Below, in pieces: positions 1 through 11,669 of a DNA stretch of 54,764 nt. The translations under genes and the position numbers were made by a program. Source of the DNA: Acidobacteriota bacterium (lineage in GTDB: Bacteria > Actinomycetota > Actinomycetes > Mycobacteriales > Mycobacteriaceae). The notes under the pieces were generated by a model that saw nothing but the letters and a program-made list of their open reading frames with translations, was not told the origin of the DNA and ran no database searches. The stretch covers positions 1 to 54,764 of the forward strand of contig JAKIXW010000002.1 of NCBI GenBank assembly GCA_022708865.1, written 5' to 3'. The number at the start of each line of letters is the position of its first letter. Position 1 is the stretch's first letter.

Positions 1-2
1 CC

Positions 3-1091
3 GGCTTCCCGCCGGCCACCACGCTGCTGTTCTCGGGCGTCGGCACGCTGCTCTTCCTGGTCATCACCGGCAATCGGCTCCCCAGTTACCTGGGGTCGAG
101 TTTCGCGGTGATCGCACCGGTGCTCGCGGCAAAGACCGCCGGCAGCGCGCTCGGCGGGCTGGTGGCCGTCGGCGTCGTCCTGATCCTCATCGGCGTCGTC
201 GTGCACCTGGTCGGCACCCACTGGGTCGACGTCGTGCTGCCGCCGGTGGTGACGGGTGCCATCGTGGCACTGATCGGTTTCAACCTGGCCCCGGCGGCGA
301 GGACCAACTTCGAGCAGGGGCCGCTGATCGGGTTCGTGACGCTGCTGCTGCTGGTCGGCGCGCTGGCGTTCTTCCGGGGACTGCTCGGCCGGTTGGCAAT
401 CTTCCTGGCCGTGGTGCTGGGCTATCTGCTGGCGCTGGTCCTCGGTGAGGTCGACACCACCGGGATCGCGTCAGCGGCCTGGGTCGGGCTCCCGCACTTC
501 CAGACCCCGACGTTCGACCTGGCCGTGCTGCCGATGTTCCTGCCGGCCGTGATCGCCCTGGTCGCCGAGAACATCGGGCACGTCAAGTCGGTGGGGCAGA
601 TGACCGGGACCGACACCGATCCACTGACCGGCCGCGCGTTGGCAGCCGACGGGGTGGCCACCGTGCTGGCCGGGCTCGGCGGTGGTTCAGCGACGACGAC
701 CTACGGCGAGAACATCGGGGTCATGGCCGCCACCCGGGTCTACTCGACGGCCGCGTACTGGGTCGCCGGCATCGTCGCGATCGCATTGTCGTTGTGCCCC
801 AAGGTCGGCGCCGCCATCTCGGCCATCCCGCCAGGTGTGCTCGGCGGCGCGACGATCGTGCTCTACGGCCTGGTCGGCATCCTGGGCGTGCGGATCTGGA
901 TGACCAACCACGTCGACTTCGCCCTGCCGGTCAACCAGATGACCGCCGCCGTGGCGCTGATCATCGGGATCGCCGACTTCACTTGGCGCATCGGCGATCT
1001 CACGTTCACCGGTATCGCCCTGGGGTCGATCGCAGCACTGCTGGTATTCCACGGAATGCGCGCCCTGTCGGGCCTGCGCGGCGGCACCTGA
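3..1091 (+). CDS. Uracil-xanthine permease (NCS2 family), 5'-truncated by the window edge
   Basis: Frame is open from base 3 (GFPPATTLLFSGVGTLLF...PSYLGSSF). Hydrophobic protein with NCS2 signature TTTYGENIGVMAATRVYS and ENIGH. Confidence 0.9.
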   Translation, partial: GFPPATTLLFSGVGTLLFLVITGNRLPSYLGSSFAVIAPVLAAKTAGSALGGLVAVGVVLILIGVVVHLVGTHWVDVVLPPVVTGAIVALIGFNLAPAARTNFEQGPLIGFVTLLLLVGALAFFRGLLGRLAIFLAVVLGYLLALVLGEVDTTGIASAAWVGLPHFQTPTFDLAVLPMFLPAVIALVAENIGHVKSVGQMTGTDTDPLTGRALAADGVATVLAGLGGGSATTTYGENIGVMAATRVYSTAAYWVAGIVAIALSLCPKVGAAISAIPPGVLGGATIVLYGLVGILGVRIWMTNHVDFALPVNQMTAAVALIIGIADFTWRIGDLTFTGIALGSIAALLVFHGMRALSGLRGGT

Positions 1092-1092
1092 G

Positions 1093-3627
1093 CTATGCGG
1101 CGACGGTGCTCGTCACACCCATCTTGGTCGCCACCCCGGCCGCGACCGTCGGCAATGACACCGCAACATCCGAAATTGTGATGACCCCGAAACTGGTCAG
1201 GTTCTCGTAGGCCGTCGCGGACCCGACCAACTGCAGCGTCAGCGAATCGGTGGCGGACATCGTCTGGGCGATGGCCTCCAGCGGCACCGTCGCAATGTTG
1301 CGCTTCCCGTCCAGGTTGACCGAGACCGGTGTGACGAGATTGCCGATCACCAGTCCGGTCTTGTTGTCGATCAGCTGGGCGTAGATGTGGGTTGCGGTGC
1401 CCACGCCCGAGTAGCTGAATGTCAGCGTCGGTGAGCCGACGATCTGGGCGGCGACACCGGGCTTTATCGGAACATTGACGGCGACACTCGCCACCTCGCC
1501 GTCACCGATCGAGTACGGGAACTTCACGTGCGTGGACGGACCCGACCCGACCAGGGGGATGATCGGCAGCACACCGCCGGTGCCACTCACCGGAATCGAA
1601 GCGCCGTGGAATGTCTTGTCGGTCGGCAGGACTCGCGACGACCAGTACTGGCCGTTCTGATCGATCCACTCGAACTTCGGGCCGGTGTTCACCGTCGCCT
1701 TCTTCATGACCCAGCGGTCCAGCCATGCCATCGTGGCGCTGAGAATGGCGGCGTTGTTGTCGTTGGGGGTCTCACAGTCCCCGTGGCCGCCGCAGAACCA
1801 GACCATCTTCACCGGAACATTCGCCGCCGCGAGCATCTGGGCATTGGTGATCGCCTGCTGGAGCGGGAACAGAACGTCGACGGTGCCTTGGAGCAACAGT
1901 GTGGGGGCCTTGATGGTCTTGACCAGGTCGCCCGGCCCGCTGCGGGCCAGGATGGCCTGCTGTTCGGCGGTGAGGGTGCCGGTCAGGGCGCCGCTGATGA
2001 TCGCAGGATAGATCTCGGGATCGACGCGCGCGCCGCTGACCACGAGGTCCAGCATCAGCAGGACCGCGTAACCCGTCCGGAATGCGTTGTCCCGGTACAA
2101 CGAGTCGTTCAGCGTGTGCCAGGCGATGCCCGGCACGATCGCGTCGACGCGGTGATCGGTTGCGGCCGTGACCAATTGGATGCCGCCGCCGTAGGAGAAG
2201 CCGACCATGCCCATCCGCGGATCGTTAGTGCCGTCGAGCAGCGCCTCGGGGCGGTGCGATAGCCACGTGATGATCCCGGACATGTCCCGGGCTTCGTAGG
2301 CGGGGCTGTCGAGCTTGAGCACACCGCCGGAGGCGTGCTCCCCGCGCGGATCCCAGGTGACCACGTTGTAGCCCGCGGTCCGGAACGTCGAGATGTTGTA
2401 CGCCCGGGTGCCCGCAGTGCTGAACGGATTCGTGTCCCCGGCTTGTGACAGTCCCGGTCCGTCGAAGATGGTCGGCGCTTTCTGGCCTTTCGTGAGTCCC
2501 AGGGCCGGGAAGAAGTTCGTGCTGATGAGGGTGCCGTCGACCGGTGATTTCACCATGGTGGTGAACGCAATCGGGGTGCCCCTGGGTACCACCCCGCAGA
2601 TATTGACGGCGACGGGCACCACGATCTGCACACCGATGATCGGCGCCAGAAGCTGCCCGACAATGGGCACCCCGCGCAGGAACACCACCGTCGGCTGGAC
2701 CCAGTCACCGACCACCGGCAGGGCTTTCAGAGCCGCGACGATCGGGGTCAGCTCGGAGACCTTGACCTGGAAGGTCTCCGTCCCGCGCTTCTTGACCACC
2801 GACTCGTCCGGCAGGAACGTGAAGGTGCCCGTCACCGGGTCCAGGGCGACCTTGCCGCCGGCATCCGGACTACCGACCACCTCATAGCTCAGGGTGTTCT
2901 GCGGGTTGACGTCCTTGGCGTTGACGGCGCCGGTGATCACCTGCTGGGTGAGGGTCACCTTGACGTCGGTGCTGACCGGACCGGCCGACGGGACGCCCAC
3001 CTCGCGCCGCGCCGCGGCCGCTTCCATCCACTGGGCCGGCGAGTCCGCCGGGGTGGCGGGGGTGCCGCCGGAGAACGGATCGGCCAGATCCTTGACACTG
3101 TCGACGACGAGGTCGACGGCGGCGGTCCGGGGCGCAGCCTTCTCGACGGCCGCCATGGCCACGGCTTCGGCTGTCCGGACCTCGGTAGCCGGCGCGTCGG
3201 TATCGGGCGCGTCGGCCACCTCCGACGCCCGGGACCACTTGTGGTCCGTCCGTGCGGGCGGGTCGCTGTCCTCGCCAACGCTTTTCGCCGGATCGTTGCC
3301 ATCCTGTGCCGCTAGAGAATTCGATGTGCCGGCTTTGTCGTCGGCGGCGGGTTCGGTCGCCGGGTCGTCGGTGGATTCGGTCTGCTGCGACGCGGCCGGT
3401 GCGGTCTTGTCCGGCTGGGCGGCGGACGCTCTCTCCGACGCCGAAGCTGACGACGCCGAAGCTGACGACGCCGAAGCTGACGACGACGTCCCGGCGTCCG
3501 TCGAGCCCTCCGAGGCCCAAGCCACACCCGTGCCGGTGATCACCGCGCCACCGAGACCCAGGGCCACCGCCAGTGCGCCCACGTGCCCGACGTACCGCGA
3601 ACATCCCCTGTACCGGGAAGACTCCAT
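1093..3627 (-). CDS. Secreted CocE/NonD (peptidase S15-like) alpha/beta hydrolase with low-complexity N-terminus and Ig-like segment
   Basis: Signal region YVGHVGALAVALGLG...AWA and Ala/Ser/Asp-rich linker. Hydrolase motifs WDPRGEHASG, GFSYGG (nucleophile), QGTVDVLF and CGGHG. Confidence 0.85.
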   Translation of the reverse strand: MESSRYRGCSRYVGHVGALAVALGLGGAVITGTGVAWASEGSTDAGTSSSASASSASASSASASERASAAQPDKTAPAASQQTESTDDPATEPAADDKAGTSNSLAAQDGNDPAKSVGEDSDPPARTDHKWSRASEVADAPDTDAPATEVRTAEAVAMAAVEKAAPRTAAVDLVVDSVKDLADPFSGGTPATPADSPAQWMEAAAARREVGVPSAGPVSTDVKVTLTQQVITGAVNAKDVNPQNTLSYEVVGSPDAGGKVALDPVTGTFTFLPDESVVKKRGTETFQVKVSELTPIVAALKALPVVGDWVQPTVVFLRGVPIVGQLLAPIIGVQIVVPVAVNICGVVPRGTPIAFTTMVKSPVDGTLISTNFFPALGLTKGQKAPTIFDGPGLSQAGDTNPFSTAGTRAYNISTFRTAGYNVVTWDPRGEHASGGVLKLDSPAYEARDMSGIITWLSHRPEALLDGTNDPRMGMVGFSYGGGIQLVTAATDHRVDAIVPGIAWHTLNDSLYRDNAFRTGYAVLLMLDLVVSGARVDPEIYPAIISGALTGTLTAEQQAILARSGPGDLVKTIKAPTLLLQGTVDVLFPLQQAITNAQMLAAANVPVKMVWFCGGHGDCETPNDNNAAILSATMAWLDRWVMKKATVNTGPKFEWIDQNGQYWSSRVLPTDKTFHGASIPVSGTGGVLPIIPLVGSGPSTHVKFPYSIGDGEVASVAVNVPIKPGVAAQIVGSPTLTFSYSGVGTATHIYAQLIDNKTGLVIGNLVTPVSVNLDGKRNIATVPLEAIAQTMSATDSLTLQLVGSATAYENLTSFGVITISDVAVSLPTVAAGVATKMGVTSTVAA
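3437..3481. repeat. Three perfect 15-bp tandem repeats (GACGCCGAAGCTGAC) encoding SSASA units
   Basis: Units read directly at 3437-3451, 3452-3466 and 3467-3481. Confidence 0.95.
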
Positions 3628-3738
3628 CGTCTCGCTCCTCGAACCCCGACCCGCGGACCAGCTTTCCCCGGGGCCGACCCTAACCCCGCGCGCACGTTTG
3701 CCCGAGCGGAATCTGGGAAATCTTCACCCCGGGCGGAC

Positions 3739-4023
3739 TCAGGCCGCGCCGATGCGCTCCGAGTCGTAAACGAGCAGCCCGCCGGCGACCGGCACCACGC
3801 TCAGCCACCGGTCCTCGGTGTCCACCCGCCCGTCGTTCATCACGTAGCGCAGGCGCACCGTCACGCTGTGGTCGTCGCGCGGTGTTACCGCCAGCACCGT
3901 GACCGACTGCACCGTCGACCAGACCCCCCGGAAGCCCTGCAGACCGGCCTCACCCATCCCCCCGGCGCCCAGCAACCGGAGGATCCGGCCCCCGGCGAAT
4001 ATTGCGCCGTTGGCTAGCGGCAT
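3739..4023 (-). pseudogene. Ser/Thr protein kinase remnant with large internal deletion
   Basis: Begins like a mycobacterial STPK (MPLANGAIFAG.RILRLLGAGGMGE, glycine loop). It then jumps directly to a non-kinase C-terminal segment (WSTVQSVTVLAVTPRDD...DSERIGAA). Subdomains II-XI are absent. Confidence 0.7.
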
Positions 4024-4080
4024 TGCGCGATCCTACGGTCGTCCTGGAATGCCAGCCGTGACGTCGGGCATCATTGGTCC

Positions 4081-5157
4081 ATGTCAGCCATCGGGGGGGC
4101 GTCGTTGAAGCGGTGGTGGCATGACCCCGGCGAGTACGGCTGGCTGGTCTCGTTCATGGAGGCGCGCGGCCTATCGGGCGCCATGAAGCGGATCGTGGCA
4201 GTGGTCGGCGCGTTCCTGGCGGCGCTGGCCGCCGCGATGTCCCTCGGGCCCCGCGTCAACTCCGACCCGCTGGCCCGGGTGCTGTTGATCGTCGTCATCC
4301 TGCTCGCCGTGGCCTGGGCGATCAGGTGGTGGTACTGGGACTGGCCGTCGGCCCGGATGTCCATCGTGCTCGCGGCGGCCGGTGACCTCGGCATCGCCAT
4401 GGGCGCCCTGCTCAACAGCGACCCACTGGCCGGGCTCGCGGGTGCGCCGCTGTTCGCAATGATGGGCGCGTACATCGCCTTCTTCCACACGCCGAAGGCG
4501 CACGTCTGGCACATCCTGCTGGTGACTGTCACCATCGTCGCCATGTCGACCTGGCTGGCGATCCAGCAGGGTCACGATGGCGTCTGGTTCGCCGTGAGCA
4601 AGGGCGGCATCGCGCTGGTGGTGAGCGTCGGACTGCTGCCGCTGCTGCACTACGGCTTCTGGATCATGCAGCGCAGCTTCGTCGACTCCCTGAGTGATCC
4701 GTTGACCGGGCTGACCAATCGACGCGGGCTCGACGAGGTCGCGCGCCGGATGATCGCCGACGGGGGCTCCACGGGTCCGCTCAGCGCCCTGTGGATCGAC
4801 CTGGACGGGTTCAAGGCGGTCAATGACACCCACGGCCATCTGGCCGGGGACGCCGTCCTGGTCTGCACCGCGCAATGCATCAGGGACTGTGTGCCCGCCG
4901 CCGCGGTGGTGGCCCGCCTCGGTGGTGAGGAGTTCCTGGTCGTGGATGTGCTGGCCCAGCCCGAGGCCAGCACAATCGCCGAACGCATCCGCAAGGCCAT
5001 CGCGACCACCACCGAACCGTCCGTCACTGCCAGCGTCGGTGTCGCGACCGCCGAGTCGGGAACCGACGGTCACCTCGACGGGCTGCTCCAGCTCGCCGAC
5101 GACGCGATGTACGAGGCGAAGCGACTGGGCGGGGACCAGGTGGTCGCGGCCACCTGA
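4081..5157 (+). CDS. Membrane-bound GGDEF diguanylate cyclase
   Basis: Several N-terminal TM helices. Motifs DPLTGLTNRR, IDLDGFKAVNDTHGHLAGD, ARLGGEEF and ADDAMYEAK. Confidence 0.9.
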   Translation: MSAIGGASLKRWWHDPGEYGWLVSFMEARGLSGAMKRIVAVVGAFLAALAAAMSLGPRVNSDPLARVLLIVVILLAVAWAIRWWYWDWPSARMSIVLAAAGDLGIAMGALLNSDPLAGLAGAPLFAMMGAYIAFFHTPKAHVWHILLVTVTIVAMSTWLAIQQGHDGVWFAVSKGGIALVVSVGLLPLLHYGFWIMQRSFVDSLSDPLTGLTNRRGLDEVARRMIADGGSTGPLSALWIDLDGFKAVNDTHGHLAGDAVLVCTAQCIRDCVPAAAVVARLGGEEFLVVDVLAQPEASTIAERIRKAIATTTEPSVTASVGVATAESGTDGHLDGLLQLADDAMYEAKRLGGDQVVAAT

Positions 5158-5170
5158 GACCGCTGTGGGG

Positions 5171-6013
5171 TCAACCGTCGTGTGCCGCGAACCAATCCGC
5201 CAGCAGTTCGGCCAGCCGGTCCGGGCATTCGTCGGCGATCCAGTGCGTGACGCCCCGCATGATCTCGAGCCGGTACTCCCCGGTCACGTGACGACCCGTG
5301 GTGCGGATGCCATCCTCCTTGACGATGACGTCACCGTCGCTCCAGACCATCAATGTCGGTGCGGCCACCGGGCCGAGCTCGGGGCCGACCAAGGTGGCCG
5401 GCATGGCCCGGTACCAATTGAGGGCGGGGGTGAGTGTTCCGGTGTCGATCATCGCGCGGACATCACGCATCGCATTTTCCCGGGTATGACCCTTGAGCCC
5501 ACGTGCGAATCCCCGGCCGCCCCGACGCGTCATCCACAATTCGGGCAGCCGCGGGAACTGGAACAGATAGATGTAGTACGACGACAGTGCCTGCCGGCTG
5601 CTCAGCAATGCTTCCTTGAATGACGCCGGATGCGGCACGGACAGCACCGCCAGCGACCTCACCTTTTCCGGCGCCCGCGCCGCCAGGAACCAGCTAACCG
5701 CGGCACCCAGATCGTGCCCGACGAGATGCACTGGGCCACCGCCGATTTCGTCGATGAGTGCGGCGACGTCGTCGGCGAGGTTCTCGAACGAATAGTCGCG
5801 GCGGCGCGGCGGGCGGGCCCCCGGCGAATAGCCCCGCTGATTGGGCGCCAGGCAGCGGTAGCCGTGCTCGGTGAGCCGATCCATCACCGGTTCCCAGAGC
5901 GTGTTGAACTGCGGAAAGCCGTGCAGCAGAACCACCGGGTGCGCGGCCGGTGCACCGGTGGGGCCCCGGTCGAGCACATCGAACGTCAGGTTGCCGCGAC
6001 GGTATGAATCCAT
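5171..6013 (-). CDS. Alpha/beta hydrolase (epoxide hydrolase-like)
   Basis: HGFP oxyanion motif, GHDLG nucleophile and C-terminal THW. Start placed at ATG 6013 behind GAGGAG. Confidence 0.88.
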   Translation of the reverse strand: MDSYRRGNLTFDVLDRGPTGAPAAHPVVLLHGFPQFNTLWEPVMDRLTEHGYRCLAPNQRGYSPGARPPRRRDYSFENLADDVAALIDEIGGGPVHLVGHDLGAAVSWFLAARAPEKVRSLAVLSVPHPASFKEALLSSRQALSSYYIYLFQFPRLPELWMTRRGGRGFARGLKGHTRENAMRDVRAMIDTGTLTPALNWYRAMPATLVGPELGPVAAPTLMVWSDGDVIVKEDGIRTTGRHVTGEYRLEIMRGVTHWIADECPDRLAELLADWFAAHDG

Positions 6014-6039
6014 CCTGCTCCTCATCTGGGTTCCACACA

Positions 6040-7554
6040 TCACTTGGGTTCCACGACGTGCCGGGTCCGGTCATCGCGCGGCGGCACGCCCGTCCGGCCG
6101 GTGATGTCGGTGGCGTAGAAGCCGATCGCGTAGCCGACCCCGCCACCCTGGATGTCCAGCGCGGTGCGGTCAATGTGCTCGATGGTGTCGGTGGCCTTGT
6201 GGTAGTTCGGGTCGAACGGCTCGCCGGCCCGACCGTTCCACAGCTCGGCCTGCTCATCGTTCATGTTCTCCTCGGCGCCGGCGAACAGCCCGCCGGCGGG
6301 GATGCCGGCCAGCGTGAACCCGTCGTAGTCGGAGCGGCCGTCGAACGACGTGTCCTGCGCGGTCTTGCCGGCCGAGTCGAGATAGCCGACCAGCAGCCGC
6401 TCGATGCCGGGCGATCCCTCGGGCACCCGCGGCACCCGCTCGTCGCGGGGAACCTTGGTGGACTGATCGCCGTCGTACGTGAAGTAGCCGGGGTTCGGCG
6501 AGGCGAGCATGTCGAAGTTCAGGTACAGCGCGATGTCGCGCAGTTGGTCGACGTTCAGCGATTCGATGTATTTCTCGGAACCGACCAGCCCGCGTTCCTC
6601 GGCGCCCCAGAACGCGAATCGCACGGCGTTGTGCACCTGCGGCGAAGGCCCCAGCTGCAGCGCGGTTTCCAACAGCGCCGCCGTCCCCGACCCGTTGTCG
6701 TTGATGCCCGGGCCCTCGTCCACGCTGTCCAGATGGGCCCCGGCCATCACAACATCGGCGGTCGAGCCCGTCCTGGTCTGCGCGATCACGTTCTGGACGG
6801 AGACCTCATGATCGTCGACCTTCAGCCGCACCGTCACCGGGCCGGTCCGGCCCCGCAGCGCGGCGCCGTCGGCCTTGGTGACGCCGACGACCGGGATCTT
6901 CACCTCGGTGGACTCCCCCAGATTCCCGCCGATGTCCTGTTGTTCGACATTGTCGGCGACGACGAGCGCCGCCACGCCCAGCCCCGAGGCCACCTTCATC
7001 TTCTCGGCGAATTCGCATTCGCCCCGGTCGACGAGCACCACCGCACCCCGCACCGGCAGCCCGTCGTAGTCCGACGCCGTACAGCCCGGTGAGTCGTCCC
7101 GCGCCGGCGCGGCCACCAGGGGCCCGGTCACCCCGTCAGCGGGCGTGCCGATGCTGTACATCAGACCGCTGGCCTTGAATGAGTCGGCACCGACGGTGAC
7201 GGTCCCGGGTTGCGCATCGAAGACCCGGACCTTGAACTCCGGGGTCTGCACATCGAAGCCCTTATCCCGCAATGACTTCGACACGTACTCGACACTGGCC
7301 TCAAACCCGGGGGTGCCGATCGCGCGGGTGTTGTCATTGGCGTTCGCGATGTCCTGGAGCTTCTGCAGGTGCGCCAACATGGCGTCGACCTTGATCTGCT
7401 GCCGCAGATGGGTGCCGAAAGCGTGGGCCTCCGGCGCGGTGATTGTGAAGGCCGGCGCCGATGCGGCGTGCCGCGTGCAACCACCGGCGACGAGAACCAC
7501 CGCGAGCAGCGCCGCGCTGACGCGCAAACCGGCCCCGCGCTGGATCAGTGACAC
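6040..7554 (-). CDS. lpqL: Lipoprotein aminopeptidase, M28 family with PA domain
   Basis: Lipobox VAGGC. Motifs GAHLDSV, GINDNGSG, WGAEE, LNFDM, RSDY and NYH. Sits next to thiG as in mycobacteria. GTG 7554 start is inferred. Confidence 0.85.
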   Translation of the reverse strand: MSLIQRGAGLRVSAALLAVVLVAGGCTRHAASAPAFTITAPEAHAFGTHLRQQIKVDAMLAHLQKLQDIANANDNTRAIGTPGFEASVEYVSKSLRDKGFDVQTPEFKVRVFDAQPGTVTVGADSFKASGLMYSIGTPADGVTGPLVAAPARDDSPGCTASDYDGLPVRGAVVLVDRGECEFAEKMKVASGLGVAALVVADNVEQQDIGGNLGESTEVKIPVVGVTKADGAALRGRTGPVTVRLKVDDHEVSVQNVIAQTRTGSTADVVMAGAHLDSVDEGPGINDNGSGTAALLETALQLGPSPQVHNAVRFAFWGAEERGLVGSEKYIESLNVDQLRDIALYLNFDMLASPNPGYFTYDGDQSTKVPRDERVPRVPEGSPGIERLLVGYLDSAGKTAQDTSFDGRSDYDGFTLAGIPAGGLFAGAEENMNDEQAELWNGRAGEPFDPNYHKATDTIEHIDRTALDIQGGGVGYAIGFYATDITGRTGVPPRDDRTRHVVEPK

Positions 7555-7616
7555 ACGAACACCGTAGTTGGTCCCCTGCGCGGTTGGGCAAACGCGAGCG
7601 CGGGCACACTGTGCCC

Positions 7617-8156
7617 ATGGCAGCACACCGCGTGGTGTTCATCCGGGCCGTCAACGTCGGCGGGGCGAAGCTGCCGATGGGTGAGCTGCGCACCCTGGCC
7701 GAGAACCTCGGTGCCACTGACGTGTCGACCTACATCGCGTCGGGCAATCTGCTCTGCACCCCGAAGGGCGCCCCGACCGCTTTCGACCGGGCGCTCGAGA
7801 AGGCGATCCAGGACAAGTACGGCTACCACCGGGAAGTGATCAGCCGCACCCCGGCACAGCTGCAGGCCGCCCTGGACGCGCATCCGTTCGAGGTGGCCGA
7901 GGATCGGTTCTCCTACGTCTACTTCCTGACGGGCACGCCAACGGCCAAGGCGGTCAAGGCTTTCGAGAGCATGGTTGCGGCCGCCGACTCCGGCGATGAG
8001 GTCAAGGTCATCGGCACGGATCTGCACATCCGCTACCACGCCGGCGCCGGGAAGTCCGATCTGGGCGCCAAGTCCATCGCGAAGGCCCTCGGGGTGCAGG
8101 GCACCGGGCGCAACCTGAACACGGTGCGAAAGCTCATCGGCCTGGCCCGCGGCTGA
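7617..8156 (+). CDS. DUF1697 domain protein
   Basis: N-terminal FIRAVNVGG...PM.EL...V.TYIASGN and C-terminal TGRNLNTV are typical of DUF1697. Confidence 0.85.
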   Translation: MAAHRVVFIRAVNVGGAKLPMGELRTLAENLGATDVSTYIASGNLLCTPKGAPTAFDRALEKAIQDKYGYHREVISRTPAQLQAALDAHPFEVAEDRFSYVYFLTGTPTAKAVKAFESMVAAADSGDEVKVIGTDLHIRYHAGAGKSDLGAKSIAKALGVQGTGRNLNTVRKLIGLARG

Positions 8157-8165
8157 TCGGTCTCG

Positions 8166-9862
<1,697 letters not shown>

Positions 9863-9863
<1 letters not shown>

Positions 9864-10879
9864 CAACGCACTCCTCCCGCAGCCACGACACCCAGTTCGG
9901 CCGCGACCCGTTCCACGGTCCACGGTGCCAACAGGAATCCGGACCGGCCGTGGCCGGTGGCCACCAGTGTCCGCTCATCGAGCCGGCCGACGATCGGCAG
10001 GTTGTCCGGCGTGCCCGGCCGCAGCCCGGCAGCACACTCGGCCAACTCGTACTCCCCCAGCGACGGCAGCACCGCGCAGGCGTCGTCGAGCAGTTCCCGC
10101 ACACCGCTGACCGCCGGGGCGGTGTCCCGGCCGTGCTCGTACTGGGTGGCACCCACCACGACGCCGTCCGCGCGGGGCACCAGGTACACCTGCCGGCCAT
10201 GGACCCGGGCGCGAATGACGCGCTGCGGCACCGGCATACAACCGGGGCGCCAACGCAGCCGCAGGACCTCACCCTTGACCGGGCGGACCGGAAGACCCGG
10301 CCACAGCGCCGGAGCGTCGATCCCGTTGGCGATCACGGTTACGTCGGCCGAGATCTCGGCCAGGTGCGCAACCGGACCGGCCCAGCCCACCCCGAGCCCG
10401 GCGCACGCGTCGCGCAGCGCCTCGACGAGCAGCCGATTGTCCACCGCCAGCTCGGTGACCGATCGGAAGCCGTGCCGAATCCCCTGCGCCAGAAGCGGTT
10501 CGATGTCGCGGGCGGCCGACGTCACCGCCACCGGATGGCCCTGCGCCGCCAGCCAGTCGGCCACCGTGCGCAGGTCCTGGGCGTCGCCGCGGTCGACGGC
10601 CACCACCAACGATTCGCGGGCGGTCACCACCCCGTCCGGAAGACCGGTCAAGTACGACCCGTGCCACAGTTCGAGGGATTCCAGCCCGATCCGCAGCAAC
10701 TCTGCCTCGCCGGGCCAGCCCTCGCTGTGCGGGGCGATCATGCCGCCGGCCACCCAGGACGCGCCGCGCTCGCCGGTGTCGTGCACGCGCACCGACCAGC
10801 CGTCCTGCGCGGCGCGGCGCGCGACGGACAGCCCGATGACGCCGCCACCGATGACGGCAAGCGTGCGCCTGGGTGCCAC
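9863..10879 (-). CDS. thiO: Glycine oxidase ThiO
   Basis: VIGGGVIG FAD motif, ASWVAGGM, PVKGE, GLRP and GHGRSG. GTG 10879 follows GGGAGG. Confidence 0.93.
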
Positions 10880-10885
10880 TGTTGC

Positions 10886-10985
10886 TTTCCTCCCTTCGCC
10901 GGCATGACCCGGATCAGGTGCGACGGTCAGGGCCCCCGGCGCCAGGCCCACTCTCAGCCCGGTTCGCCGGGCTCCCGTGATGTCC
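10886..10985 (-). ncRNA. TPP (THI-box) riboswitch upstream of thiO
   Basis: Minus strand reads CACGGGAGCCCGGCGAACCGGGCTGAGA...GACCGTCGCACCTGATCCGGGTCATGCCGGCGAAGGGAG, containing the GCTGAGA, ACCTGATC and GCGAAGGGA hallmarks. The 3' end overlaps the thiO RBS. Confidence 0.93.
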
Positions 10986-10990
10986 GGTCC

Positions 10991-11012
10991 AGCCTACGCA
11001 ACCGGCTACTCT
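10991..11012. promoter_or_regulatory. Back-to-back -10 elements for thiO leader (TAGGCT, minus) and leaderless thiE (TACTCT, plus)
   Basis: AGCCTA at 10991-10996 and TACTCT at 11007-11012, 6 nt before GTG 11019. Both match the mycobacterial TANNNT consensus. Confidence 0.55.
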
Positions 11013-11018
11013 CGGCTC

Positions 11019-11669
11019 GTGCAACGGCTCTACCTGTGCACCGACGCCCGCCGGGAGCGCGGCGACCTCGCCGAGTTCGCCGACGCGGCGCTGGCCGGCG
11101 GCGTGGACATCATTCAGCTCCGCGACAAGGGCTCGCCCGGTGAGCAGCGCTTCGGCCCGCTGGAAGCCCGCAGCGAGATAGCGGCTTTGGAGATCCTTGC
11201 CGACGCGGCCCGCCGCCATGGCGCGATGTTCGCGGTGAACGACCGGGCCGACATCGCCCGCGCAGCCGGCGCCGACGTGCTGCACCTGGGACAGGACGAC
11301 CTGCCGCTGAACATCGCGCGCGACATCGTCGGGGCGCGGCCGCTGCTGGGCCGGTCCACCCACGACGCCGCGCAGATGGAACGCGCGGTGGCCGATGCGG
11401 TCGACTACTTCTGCGTCGGCCCGTGCTGGCCGACCCCCACCAAGCCGGGCCGTACGGCGCCCGGCCTGGACCTGGTTCGCGCCACCGTACAGCTGCGGCC
11501 GGACAAACCGTGGTTCGCCATCGGCGGGATCGACGAGGACCGGCTGGCGCAGGTACTCGACGCGGGTGCGACGCGCGCGGTGGTGGTCCGCGCCATCACC
11601 GGTGCCGAGGATCCGCGGGCTAGTGCTGCGCGGCTGGCGGCGGCACTGGGTCGGGCAGCACCGGCATAG
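11019..11669 (+). CDS. thiE: Thiamine-phosphate synthase
   Basis: Motifs [35 protein letters not shown] and AIGGI. Confidence 0.95.
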   Translation: MQRLYLCTDARRERGDLAEFADAALAGGVDIIQLRDKGSPGEQRFGPLEARSEIAALEILADAARRHGAMFAVNDRADIARAAGADVLHLGQDDLPLNIARDIVGARPLLGRSTHDAAQMERAVADAVDYFCVGPCWPTPTKPGRTAPGLDLVRATVQLRPDKPWFAIGGIDEDRLAQVLDAGATRAVVVRAITGAEDPRASAARLAAALGRAAPA

